Shown: one piece after another, positions 40,242 through 48,849 of the stretch
Layout: every line of letters starts with the position of its first letter
Position numbering within the stretch: the first letter of the stretch is position 1
Assembly (NCBI GenBank): GCA_018713505.1
Contig: DVOL01000005.1
Coordinates: 1 to 52,709 of the forward strand
Reading direction: 5' to 3'
From: Candidatus Faeciplasma avium
GTDB taxonomy: Bacteria; Bacillota; Clostridia; Oscillospirales; Ruminococcaceae
DNA length: 52,709 nt
The notes under the pieces: generated by a model
What the model saw: only the letters and a program-made list of their open reading frames with translations
Database searches by the model: none
Told to the model about the DNA's origin: nothing
Made by a program: the position numbers and the translations under genes

Positions 40242-41687
40242 TTATTTACTGCTAAACGGCGTCTGAAGCACCGAGACGGCGTCCTGAATGGTCTTTTCCA
40301 TAGCCTCACGGCCGTACTTGTCGACCTCGGCCTTGTTCTTCTCACCGTGGGTGAGACAGCCGGCGCCGCCTATGCAGCCGCCTACGCAGGCCATGCCCTC
40401 GATGAAGTTGGCGTCAAGAACATTCTTCTGCTTCTTTAGGAGTGCGATTCTGCACTGCTCGATGCCGTCGCAGGAGATTCCCTTGAGGGTAAAGTCGCCG
40501 TCAAGACCCTGCTCCTTTAGACCCTCGGCAACTGCGTCTGACAGTCCGCCGCAGCGAGCGAATATTCTTCCGAAGTAGCTTGCGTTGTCAAGAACGCCCT
40601 CCTCTAGGGTAGTGATGTCGATGTCCCTGGAGTCAAACAGAGCCTGAAGCTCCTCGAAGGTCAGCACCGAGTCGACATATGGCTTGACCTCCTCACGCTG
40701 GATTTCCATCTTCTTTGCGGTGCAGGGACCTATGAAGATTATCTTTGCGTTCTTGGTGGTCTGCTTGATGTATCTGGCAATTGTAGCCATCGGGGAGAGG
40801 TTGTGCGAGATGTACTGCTTTAGCTCGGGGAAGCTCTTTTCAATGTAGCTTACAAAGCCGGGGCAGCAGGAGCTTGTCAAGAAGCCCTTTTCGTAAAGCT
40901 CCTTTGATTCTGCCTGAGCCACCATGTCTGCTCCCAGAGCAGCCTCGACCACGGTATGGAAGCCGAGCTTTTTAAGACCCGTTACCACCTGACCGAGCTT
41001 GGCATAGGTAAACTGGCTGGAAATCGAGGGAGCTACAACGGCGTAGAGCTTGTAGTTTCTTCCCTGCTGGCTCTTTTTGAGCAGGTCGATTACATTTATC
41101 ATGTAGGACTTGTCCATTATAGCTCCGAACGGGCACTGATATACGCAGGCGCCGCAGGATATGCACTTAGAGTTGTCGATGGTGGCTGCCTTGTGCTCGT
41201 TCATTGATATCGCCTTTATCTTGCAGGCGTTCTGGCAGGGACGGACCCTTGAAACAATTGCGGTGTACGGGCAAACCTTAGAGCAGGCTCCGCACTCACG
41301 GCATTTGGACTTGTCGATATGTGCGACATGGTTTTCGTCGAAGGATATCGCTCCGAATCTGCAAACATCCTCGCACCTGTGGGCAAGACAGCCACGGCAG
41401 GCGTTTGTAACCTCATAGCCGCCGACAGGGCACTCGTCGCAGGCGATGTCTATTACCTCGATGACATTGGGGTTTTCCTTGTCTCCGCCCATCGCTATCT
41501 TGACTCTCTCCTCAAGTATAGCCCTCTCCTTGTACACGCAGCAGCGCATTGTGGGGGTGTTTCCCGGGACTATCATCTTGGGAATGTCAAGAATCTTGTC
41601 GTAGAGGGTGTCATTCCAGGAGAGCCTTGCGACCTCTCTTAGCACCTTGTATTTAAGGTGCTGGACCTTTGTATCGAATTTTCTCAT
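40242..41687 (-). CDS. [FeFe]-hydrogenase homologue with N-terminal multi-[4Fe-4S] domain (HfsD / HydA2-like)
   Basis: Fe-S motifs CRGCLAHRCEDVC, CRECGACSKVCP and CISCGACVYQCP. H-cluster motifs TSSCCPGF (P1), FIGPCTAKKME (P2) and EGMACVGGCIGGAGC (P3). GAGGTG SD. Confidence 0.85.
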   Translation of the reverse strand: MRKFDTKVQHLKYKVLREVARLSWNDTLYDKILDIPKMIVPGNTPTMRCCVYKERAILEERVKIAMGGDKENPNVIEVIDIACDECPVGGYEVTNACRGCLAHRCEDVCRFGAISFDENHVAHIDKSKCRECGACSKVCPYTAIVSRVRPCQNACKIKAISMNEHKAATIDNSKCISCGACVYQCPFGAIMDKSYMINVIDLLKKSQQGRNYKLYAVVAPSISSQFTYAKLGQVVTGLKKLGFHTVVEAALGADMVAQAESKELYEKGFLTSSCCPGFVSYIEKSFPELKQYISHNLSPMATIARYIKQTTKNAKIIFIGPCTAKKMEIQREEVKPYVDSVLTFEELQALFDSRDIDITTLEEGVLDNASYFGRIFARCGGLSDAVAEGLKEQGLDGDFTLKGISCDGIEQCRIALLKKQKNVLDANFIEGMACVGGCIGGAGCLTHGEKNKAEVDKYGREAMEKTIQDAVSVLQTPFSSK

Positions 41688-41718
41688 AGCGTTTCACCTC
41701 ATCCTTGGAATTTATGAA

Positions 41719-42891
41719 TCAGAAGTAGCTTACCTTGACCTTCTTGCCCATCCTCTGGAGGCACTTTGTCAGCTCCTCCACTAGATTCATCTTTATGCTG
41801 AAATTAATCGGCAGGTCGGGGTTCTGGTGAGCGGGATTGATCGCCCGTCCGACATAGAAGTTGATGTCGGTAGCCTCCTCGAACAAAAGCCGGCTTATGA
41901 GCGAGGCGCCGTCTCTTTTGTAGCTCCACTGCTCGTACGCCTCGTTGTTCTCAAGGTAATCCCTGGCGTACTCCAGCACCTTGTTTACTGTTATGACTCC
42001 CTCGGTTACAAGGTCAACGCCCTCAAGCTCTGCTATGGGAGGGACATCGGAGCGCTCAAAGTTGAGAGACGCCTTTAACGGCTTGCCGAGATACTTTGCG
42101 GCTATCGAGGAGGTTGTTCCGCCGCAGATTATGTGCTTTCCCTCCTTGGAGAAGAACAGCGACATCATCCTGTTGCAGTCGTCCCGATTTGAGGGAGGAC
42201 CGAACAGAAGGTTCATAGGCTCCCTCTTTCTGACCCTTACCACGCAGGCTGTGGCGTCGTCTCCCGGCTGGTTGCCGTAGAGCTTGTTGCACTCGTCCAC
42301 AAGCACGGTGGAGAGATTCTTGGCGGTGTAGCCCACCAGCGAAAGAGGCTCCAGGAAGCTGATTATATCCTCTCTTTTCCAGCCGAAGTTAAACGCCGTG
42401 CCTATTCCCGCATGAGGGCAGCCGTCGCTCATGGCGACGATAAAGTCGTTCTCGCAGAGCTTTACCGAGGACCTGAGTATCTTCTTCCCGCCGATGTTAA
42501 GCTCTGTGGTGGGATAGTCGTAGTTCTGACCGTCCCTGAGCATTATCACCTTGGGATTGTCGTACTGGATGATTTCGGCGGTTTCGTTGTTGCAAAGCCG
42601 GATTATCGTAAAGGTGGAGTACGCCACCCCTCTCACCGAGCAAATTGGCAGAGTTGCGGCTATAGTCTCTACGCAGTCCTCCAGCGAAAGACCCTCAGAC
42701 ATCATGGTGGAGATTATCTTCGAGGTCAGGGTGGAGAGAATGCTCGCCTTTACGCCGCTTCCCAGACCGTCGGCAAGCACTATTACGGTGGAGCTGTCGT
42801 CCTGCGAGACTATGTCGACATGGTCGCCGCAGAGCTGCTCGCCGTAGTGATTTATACTTTTATAGCCTATATCGGCGCAGAGGTCATTCAT
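41719..42891 (-). CDS. PP2C / SpoIIE-family protein phosphatase with uncharacterised C-terminal domain (HfsC-like)
   Basis: Metal-binding Asp motifs CGDHVD, LADGLGSG and MSDG. The ATG overlaps the hydS stop (ATGAATGA). Confidence 0.85.
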   Translation of the reverse strand: MNDLCADIGYKSINHYGEQLCGDHVDIVSQDDSSTVIVLADGLGSGVKASILSTLTSKIISTMMSEGLSLEDCVETIAATLPICSVRGVAYSTFTIIRLCNNETAEIIQYDNPKVIMLRDGQNYDYPTTELNIGGKKILRSSVKLCENDFIVAMSDGCPHAGIGTAFNFGWKREDIISFLEPLSLVGYTAKNLSTVLVDECNKLYGNQPGDDATACVVRVRKREPMNLLFGPPSNRDDCNRMMSLFFSKEGKHIICGGTTSSIAAKYLGKPLKASLNFERSDVPPIAELEGVDLVTEGVITVNKVLEYARDYLENNEAYEQWSYKRDGASLISRLLFEEATDINFYVGRAINPAHQNPDLPINFSIKMNLVEELTKCLQRMGKKVKVSYF

Positions 42892-44569
42892 TGCTTATGC
42901 TCTCCTTAAGCTTGGCAAGCGCAATCTTAGTTTCGGCGGCAGTCTCGCCTAGAAGCGAGGCTATCTCCTGAACTATACGCATCTGCTTGTCTACCACCTT
43001 GTCCGCAATCTCGACGGTCTGGCGGCTTATGCTCTCCTTCTTTTCACGCTCGGTCTCCTCGTCGGTGACATCACGCATAATGCATATCAAGAGGTGGTAC
43101 TCCGAGTCGTGGATAATGGTCTGCTCGATGTATTTTTTGTACTCGGCGAGATATACTCTCTCGTTTTTGATGTTCCTGCCGGACTTCAAAACCTCCATGA
43201 ACGGCTTGGGGTCGAGGATTCTTATGACCTGGTCCCCAAGGACATCGCTTGCCTGGCGGATGTTCATAATCCTTCTTGCGGTGTTGTTTATCTGCTGGAC
43301 CTCAAGGCTCTCGTTTAGAAGTATGATGCCGTTGGGAGAGTTTGAAACTATGTTGTCTGAGAAGCTCTCCGCCTTGTCCTTCAGGAAGGGCAGGCACATC
43401 GAGATGTCCGCCTTGCCCTGATAGATGGCGATTGCCTTCTCACGGCAGGTATTGTAGCCGCAGGAGCCGCAGTTAAGCTCGTCTGACGGACGGAACTTGC
43501 CCATCTGGCGGAGAATCGACATTATCTCGGACTCCGAGGGAGTGCTGGAGCCGGTGTCTATCGGCATGAAAGCCTTTCTTATCTCGCCGGAGGACATATT
43601 CTCGACCTCGAAATCTAGCCTTCCAGCAAAGGAGGATACTGCTGAGTAGTCCTTGACGGGGGAGCGGTGGTACTTTTCCATTACCGGCCCGCCAACGCAG
43701 CTTCCCACGCAGGAGGACATCTCGATAAAGCAGTTATGTATGCTTCCGTTTTCGATATCCCTCAGGGCGGCCATGCAGTTTTCAACGCCGTCTATGGCGA
43801 GGTAGGTGTACCTTGAGGAGGTCTCCTCCATGGTTTCCTTCATCGTTTTAAGGATTCCCCCGGTGGTGGGGAAGAATCTTGCACGGCTGTGCTCCTCGTG
43901 GTCTATCTCGTTTTCAAGGGCTATACCCTCGGCGTTCAGCCAGCCGGTAAGCTCCTCGAAGGTAAGAACAGCGTCGACTATTCCGGGATACTTTCCAGCC
44001 TCGTCCTTTTTGGCTACGCAGGGACCTATAAACACCGTCTTGGCGTTGGGATACCGCTTTTTTATGTCGGTGCAGTGAGCCTGCATCGGGGAGAGGACAT
44101 CGGCAAGATAGCAAAGAAGGTTCGGAAAATACTTCTGGATAAGAAGATTTACCGAGTGACAGCAGGAGGAGATTATAATATCCCTGCTTTCCTCCTTTAT
44201 AAGCCTCTCATACTCCGACTTTACCATCGAGGCGCCGACGGCGGTCTCCTCGACATCATAAAAGCCCAGCTTTTTAAGAGCCTGCCTCATCTGGCTGATT
44301 CCTGCGCCGTAGTTTGCGACGAAGGAGGGAGCCAGGCTGACAATGACCGGGTCGCCGCCCTGGAGCAGAACCTTTACCTTCTCCGTCTCGTCGACTATCT
44401 CCTTGGCGTTCTGCGGACATACGACAAAGCACTGTCCGCACAGGATGCACTCGTCCTCGATTATATGCGCCTGATTCCCGGAGAATCTAATCGACTTCAC
44501 CGGGCAGTGGCGGATGCACTTATAGCAGTTTTTGCAGTTTGATTTTTTCAGGGTCAGACATTTGCCCAT
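42884..44569 (-). CDS. hydS: putative sensory [FeFe]-hydrogenase homologue with C-terminal 4-Cys and PAS domains (HydS / HfsB-like)
   Basis: CKNCYKCIRHCP and CILCGQCFVVCP (two [4Fe-4S] motifs). Variant H-cluster motifs ISSCCHS, FIGPCVAKKDE and EMSSCVGSCVGGP. Then CGSCGYNTC...C, a PAS-like segment (SNSPNGIILLNESLEVQQINNTARRIM...) and a coiled-coil tail. Confidence 0.85.
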   Translation of the reverse strand: MGKCLTLKKSNCKNCYKCIRHCPVKSIRFSGNQAHIIEDECILCGQCFVVCPQNAKEIVDETEKVKVLLQGGDPVIVSLAPSFVANYGAGISQMRQALKKLGFYDVEETAVGASMVKSEYERLIKEESRDIIISSCCHSVNLLIQKYFPNLLCYLADVLSPMQAHCTDIKKRYPNAKTVFIGPCVAKKDEAGKYPGIVDAVLTFEELTGWLNAEGIALENEIDHEEHSRARFFPTTGGILKTMKETMEETSSRYTYLAIDGVENCMAALRDIENGSIHNCFIEMSSCVGSCVGGPVMEKYHRSPVKDYSAVSSFAGRLDFEVENMSSGEIRKAFMPIDTGSSTPSESEIMSILRQMGKFRPSDELNCGSCGYNTCREKAIAIYQGKADISMCLPFLKDKAESFSDNIVSNSPNGIILLNESLEVQQINNTARRIMNIRQASDVLGDQVIRILDPKPFMEVLKSGRNIKNERVYLAEYKKYIEQTIIHDSEYHLLICIMRDVTDEETEREKKESISRQTVEIADKVVDKQMRIVQEIASLLGETAAETKIALAKLKESISNE

Positions 44570-44572
44570 TTG

Positions 44573-44833
44573 CTACACTCCTCCGGCTTTGATAGGTTTA
44601 AGTATTTTTTCGTTGAAAAATTCCTTGAAGCTCTCCTTGGTCACTCCGCTTATTACCTCGTCGTCTACCGTGACGGTCACGCCGAAGCGGTTGCACATGC
44701 CGGTGCAGAAGCTTCCGGCAAGAGTGACATCGTTTTCAAGGTGGTGCTCCTCGACAGCCTCCTGCAAAAGCCTGACTATCTCCTCGGAGCCTTTGAGATG
44801 GCAGGAGCTGCCAACGCATATCTGTACAATCAC
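44573..44833 (-). CDS. thioredoxin-like [2Fe-2S] ferredoxin-domain protein (NuoE/HfsA-like), copy 2
   Basis: 86 aa with Cys pattern C6-x4-C11...C43-x3-C47 (VGSSCHLKG ... FCTGMC). GTG start after GGAG. The stop lies 3 nt before the hydS ATG. Confidence 0.8.
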   Translation of the reverse strand: MIVQICVGSSCHLKGSEEIVRLLQEAVEEHHLENDVTLAGSFCTGMCNRFGVTVTVDDEVISGVTKESFKEFFNEKILKPIKAGGV

Positions 44834-44935
44834 TTATATCACTCCATTAATGCTTGGTCGTCTAAAATCGGAGCAAGGCGTGATATGAACTATCCCGCCT
44901 GCGTCAGGTTATTGGCATAAAGCCGAGCCAAGGGG

Positions 44936-45196
44936 CTACTCCCCGTCATCCTCGGGAGGGAGCTTAGCTAATATCTCACGGTTGAAGAAATCCTCTACTG
45001 TCTCCGGGCTGACGGAGAAGAAGCTGTCGTCCACGGTGACGCAGACTCCCTTCTGGCACTGTCCCATGCAGAAGGTGCCGCCAAGCTCCACCCTGTCGCC
45101 AAGACCGTTGTCCTGAATGAGCCTTTGGAGCGAGCCTACGACCTGCCTGGAGCCTTTGATATGGCAGGAGCTGCCTATGCATACTGTAACATTCAT
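44936..45196 (-). CDS. thioredoxin-like [2Fe-2S] ferredoxin-domain protein (NuoE/HfsA-like), copy 1
   Basis: 86 aa with the same four-Cys pattern (IGSSCHIKG ... FCMGQC). Paralogue of the adjacent gene. Confidence 0.8.
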   Translation of the reverse strand: MNVTVCIGSSCHIKGSRQVVGSLQRLIQDNGLGDRVELGGTFCMGQCQKGVCVTVDDSFFSVSPETVEDFFNREILAKLPPEDDGE

Positions 45197-45336
45197 ATGT
45201 ATATCCTCTCTTTAAAGCGACCGGCGGGAAAGCTCTTTATTTTCAAGGAGCCTGCCTGCCGGTCGGTCATATCCTGCCTGCGGGGTGCCGGGAGAGAAGG
45301 AGCGCCCAGCCTCCTGACACCCCGGTCAGCGCCGGC

Positions 45337-46086
45337 TTATTCGTAATCTACAACATCTACCCAGGAGAGAAGGAATTCCCTTTCCTCCTTGTTGCCCTTA
45401 ACCGACTGCGAGGCGGCTACAATGGGCATCCACTTCTGGACATACTGCTTTGCAGTGTCGCTCTTGCGGCAGAACATATCAAGATACTTTGCCGCAAGCT
45501 CGGTGTTTCCCGAGAGGCAGAAAAGAAGGTATGTCCTGGCGGCGTCTGCGGAGGCGTTTCCCTGAGTGGCGTGCGCCCAGTCAAGGACATAGAGCCTGCC
45601 GTCCCCGGTGACGATTATGTTGGAGGGGTTAAAGTCGCCGTGGCAGAGCTTTTTGTGCTTGGGCATAGCCTCAAGACGGGTTCTTAGGTCGTATCTTGTG
45701 GTAGCGTCAAGCTCAGCCTCGCCGATTTTGCGGTTCATCTTGTCCCTTAGCTTGTTGAGGTTCTGGCAGGTGTGGGACTGGACCTCTATCTGCAAATCGA
45801 CGAACATCTCGAGGTACTTGTCGATATTGTCGGGGTCCTCCTCCATGATGGAGGCGAGGGTCTTGCCCTCTATGTACTCGGTGACTATCGCCCACTTGCC
45901 GTCTACCTTGCAGACCTCGATAACCTTGGGGATATTAAGACCTGTCTCCTCGACTCTGGCGGTGTTAAGAGCCTCGTTTAGGATGTCGGCCTTGGAGAAG
46001 CTCTCGTCGAATACCTTAATGCAAAGGTCGCCGTCACGGTAGAGCGTCTTAGAATTCCTGACTGCAATAACTCTGTCTAGATTCAT
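45337..46086 (-). CDS. protein-kinase-like-fold phosphotransferase (APH / choline-kinase family), putative protein kinase
   Basis: N-lobe Lys in LCIKVFDE, catalytic loop CHGDFNPSNII, metal-binding YVLDWAHA. AGGAGGA sits 7 nt upstream of ATG 46086, inside the 15-nt gap after adhE. Confidence 0.75.
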   Translation of the reverse strand: MNLDRVIAVRNSKTLYRDGDLCIKVFDESFSKADILNEALNTARVEETGLNIPKVIEVCKVDGKWAIVTEYIEGKTLASIMEEDPDNIDKYLEMFVDLQIEVQSHTCQNLNKLRDKMNRKIGEAELDATTRYDLRTRLEAMPKHKKLCHGDFNPSNIIVTGDGRLYVLDWAHATQGNASADAARTYLLFCLSGNTELAAKYLDMFCRKSDTAKQYVQKWMPIVAASQSVKGNKEEREFLLSWVDVVDYE

Positions 46087-46101
46087 CACTTTATCCTCCT
46101 A

Positions 46102-48807
46102 TTACTTGGTTTTCTTGCCCTTCTTGGCGTATATCTGCTTGCTGGCGTCAGCGCCCGAGCTTTCAAAGTCGTGTATCTGGTCGGGCATCTTCTTCTCCTC
46201 GAAGTGCTTGCCGTAGTAGGCGTTGAGGTACATGCTCTTTATCTCGCTGATAAGAGGATATCTCGGGTTAGCGCCTGTGCACTGGTCGTCAAACGCCTGC
46301 TCGGTCATAGCGTCAAGCCTGTCAAGGAAGTCCTTTTCGTCGATGCCGTAGTCCTTGATGGTCGGCTTGATTCCGACTCTTGCCTTTAGCTCGTTGATTG
46401 CCGCTATGAGGTTTTCAAGCTTCTCCTCGTCGGTGCTTCCGCCAAGACCCAAAGCGTCTGCAATCTCGGCGTACCTTGCCAGGGTGTGAGGATGGTCGTA
46501 CTGCGAGAAGGTGCCCATCTTAACGGGAGACTCGCAGGCGTTGAATCTCAGGACCTCCTCAATCATGAGGGCGTTGGCTACGCCGTGTGCGATGTGGTGG
46601 AAGGCGCCCAGCTTGTGAGCCATCGAGTGGCAGACGCCCAGGAAGGCGTTTGCAAACGCCATACCTGCCATTGTAGCGGCGTTAGCCATCTTCTCACGGG
46701 CGATAACATCGGTCTGTCCGTTGTCATAGGCTGAGGGCAGGTACTTGAATATGGTCTTTAGAGCCTGGATTGCAAGACCGTCGGTGTAGTCTGTAGCCAT
46801 TACGGAGGCGTATGCCTCAAGAGCATGGGTTACAGCGTCGATACCCGAGGCGGCAGTAAGTCCCTTGGGAGCGGACATATGGAAGTCGGTGTCGATAATA
46901 GCCATGTTGGGAAGGAGCTGATAGTCTGCAAGAGGATACTTTATGCCGCTGTCCTGGTCGGTGATGACGGCAAAGGGAGTGACCTCAGAGCCTGTACCGG
47001 CAGAGGTGGGTATTGCTATGAAGTAAGCCTTCTCTCCCATCTTGGGGAAGGTGTAAACCCTCTTTCTGATGTCGATAAAGCGCATAGCCATATCCATGAA
47101 GTCGACCTCGGGATGCTCATAAAGCACCCACATAATCTTTGCAGCGTCCATGGCGGAGCCGCCGCCGAGTGCGATTATGCAGTCCGGCTTGAAGGAGGAC
47201 ATCTGCTTTGCTCCTGCCTGTGCGGAGGCAAGGGTGGGGTCCGGCTCGACATCGAAGAAGGTGGTGTGAGCGATTCCAAGCTGGTCAAGCTTGTCGGTTA
47301 TCGGCTTGGTGTAGCCGTTGTGATACAGGAAGCTGTCGGTTACTACGAAGCAGCGCTGCTTGTTCATCACCGATTTAAGCTCGTCAAGAGCGACGGGAAG
47401 GCAGCCCTTCTTGATGTATACCTTCTCCGGGGCACGGAACCAAAGCATATTTTCTCTCCTCTCAGCGACTGTCTTGATGTTGATAAGGTGCTTTACTCCT
47501 ACATTCTCGGAGACCGAGTTTCCTCCCCAGGAGCCGCAGCCCAGAGTGAGGGAGGGAAGGAGCTTGAAGTTGTACAAATCGCCGATTCCGCCGTGAGAGG
47601 AGGGAGTGTTGACAAGAACACGGCAGGTCTTCATCCTCGCCTGGAACCTCTCAAGCTTGTCCTGAGCGGTGAGGGTGTTCAGGTAGATGGAGGAGGTGTG
47701 TCCGTAGCCGCCGTCTGCAACCAGCTGCTCAGCCTTTGCAAGGGCGTCGTCAAAGCTCTTTGCGTGATACATGGCAAGAACGGGGGAGAGCTTCTCGTGA
47801 GCGAACTCCTCGGAGATGTCGACCGACTCGACCTCGCCTATAAGTATCTTGGTGCCCTCAGGAACGCTTACGCCGGAGAGCTGCGCTATCTTTGCGGCAG
47901 GCTGACCGACTATCTTTGCATTGAGGGAGCCGTTTATGATTATCGTCTTTCTTACCTTGTCAAGCTCGTCGGGAGCTAGGAAGTAGCAGCCTCTGTAGGC
48001 AAACTCCCTCTTGGCTGCGGCATATACGCTGTCAAGAACTATGCAGGACTGCTCCGAGGCGCATATCATGCCGTTGTCGAAGGTCTTGGAGTGGATTATG
48101 GAGTTTACAGCCAGGATTATGTCTGCGCTGTCGTCTATAATTGCGGGAGTGTTTCCTGCGCCGACTCCAAGAGCAGGCTTTCCTGAGGAGTAAGCAGCCT
48201 TTACCATTCCGGGACCGCCGGTAGCCAAAATAGTGTCAGCCTCCTTCATAAGAAGGTTGGTCATCTCAAGGGAGGGGATGTCTATCCACTCGATTATGCC
48301 CTCTGGAGCGCCCGCCTTCACGGCAGCCTCTAGGACTATCTTGGCAGCCTCGATGGTGCAGCCCTTGGCTCTCGGGTGGGGGCTTATGATGATGGCGTTT
48401 CTAGTCTTGAGGGCGATAAGGCACTTGAATATGGCGGTAGAGGTCGGGTTGGTGGTGGGTATTACCGCCGCTATGACGCCTATAGGCTCGGCGACCTTCT
48501 TGATGCCGTACTCCTTGTCCTCCTCGATGACTCCGCAGGTCTTGGTGTTCTTGTAGGCGTTGTAGATGTACTCGGAGGCATAATTGTTCTTTATGACCTT
48601 GTCCTCCACTACGCCCATGCCGGTTTCCTCGACCGCCATCTTAGCAAGGGGAAGCCTTTGCTTGTTTGCGGCTGAAGCGGCGGCAAAGAATATCCTGTCG
48701 ACCTGCTCCTGGGTAAAGCTGGCAAACTTTTCCTGTGCCTTGCGCACCGAGGCGATAACCTCCTCAAGACGCTCAACACTGTCTACGATTCTGCGTTCGT
48801 TGTTCAT
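46102..48807 (-). CDS. adhE: bifunctional acetaldehyde-CoA / alcohol dehydrogenase
   Basis: 901 aa: N-terminal aldehyde dehydrogenase half (catalytic-Cys region FDNGMICASEQS) plus C-terminal iron-type ADH half (LGGGSAMDAAK, His-rich metal site CHSMAHKLG). Confidence 0.96.
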   Translation of the reverse strand: MNNERRIVDSVERLEEVIASVRKAQEKFASFTQEQVDRIFFAAASAANKQRLPLAKMAVEETGMGVVEDKVIKNNYASEYIYNAYKNTKTCGVIEEDKEYGIKKVAEPIGVIAAVIPTTNPTSTAIFKCLIALKTRNAIIISPHPRAKGCTIEAAKIVLEAAVKAGAPEGIIEWIDIPSLEMTNLLMKEADTILATGGPGMVKAAYSSGKPALGVGAGNTPAIIDDSADIILAVNSIIHSKTFDNGMICASEQSCIVLDSVYAAAKREFAYRGCYFLAPDELDKVRKTIIINGSLNAKIVGQPAAKIAQLSGVSVPEGTKILIGEVESVDISEEFAHEKLSPVLAMYHAKSFDDALAKAEQLVADGGYGHTSSIYLNTLTAQDKLERFQARMKTCRVLVNTPSSHGGIGDLYNFKLLPSLTLGCGSWGGNSVSENVGVKHLINIKTVAERRENMLWFRAPEKVYIKKGCLPVALDELKSVMNKQRCFVVTDSFLYHNGYTKPITDKLDQLGIAHTTFFDVEPDPTLASAQAGAKQMSSFKPDCIIALGGGSAMDAAKIMWVLYEHPEVDFMDMAMRFIDIRKRVYTFPKMGEKAYFIAIPTSAGTGSEVTPFAVITDQDSGIKYPLADYQLLPNMAIIDTDFHMSAPKGLTAASGIDAVTHALEAYASVMATDYTDGLAIQALKTIFKYLPSAYDNGQTDVIAREKMANAATMAGMAFANAFLGVCHSMAHKLGAFHHIAHGVANALMIEEVLRFNACESPVKMGTFSQYDHPHTLARYAEIADALGLGGSTDEEKLENLIAAINELKARVGIKPTIKDYGIDEKDFLDRLDAMTEQAFDDQCTGANPRYPLISEIKSMYLNAYYGKHFEEKKMPDQIHDFESSGADASKQIYAKKGKKTK

Positions 48808-48849
48808 CTTATGACCATTCCTTTCTTTGATGAAGGTATTACTGACCGT

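Noticed and set aside
42412-44542. Plus-strand ORFs of 165, 98, 144, 74, 90 and 217 aa
   Set aside because: They are antisense shadows of the PP2C and hydS genes, with low-complexity products and no start context.
46825-47979. 384-aa plus-strand ORF (and 46171.., 46486.., 48233.., 48376.. ORFs)
   Set aside because: These lie entirely antisense to adhE, whose minus-strand product has unambiguous full-length homology. Their products are G/V/L-rich shadow-frame sequences, and no SD is present.
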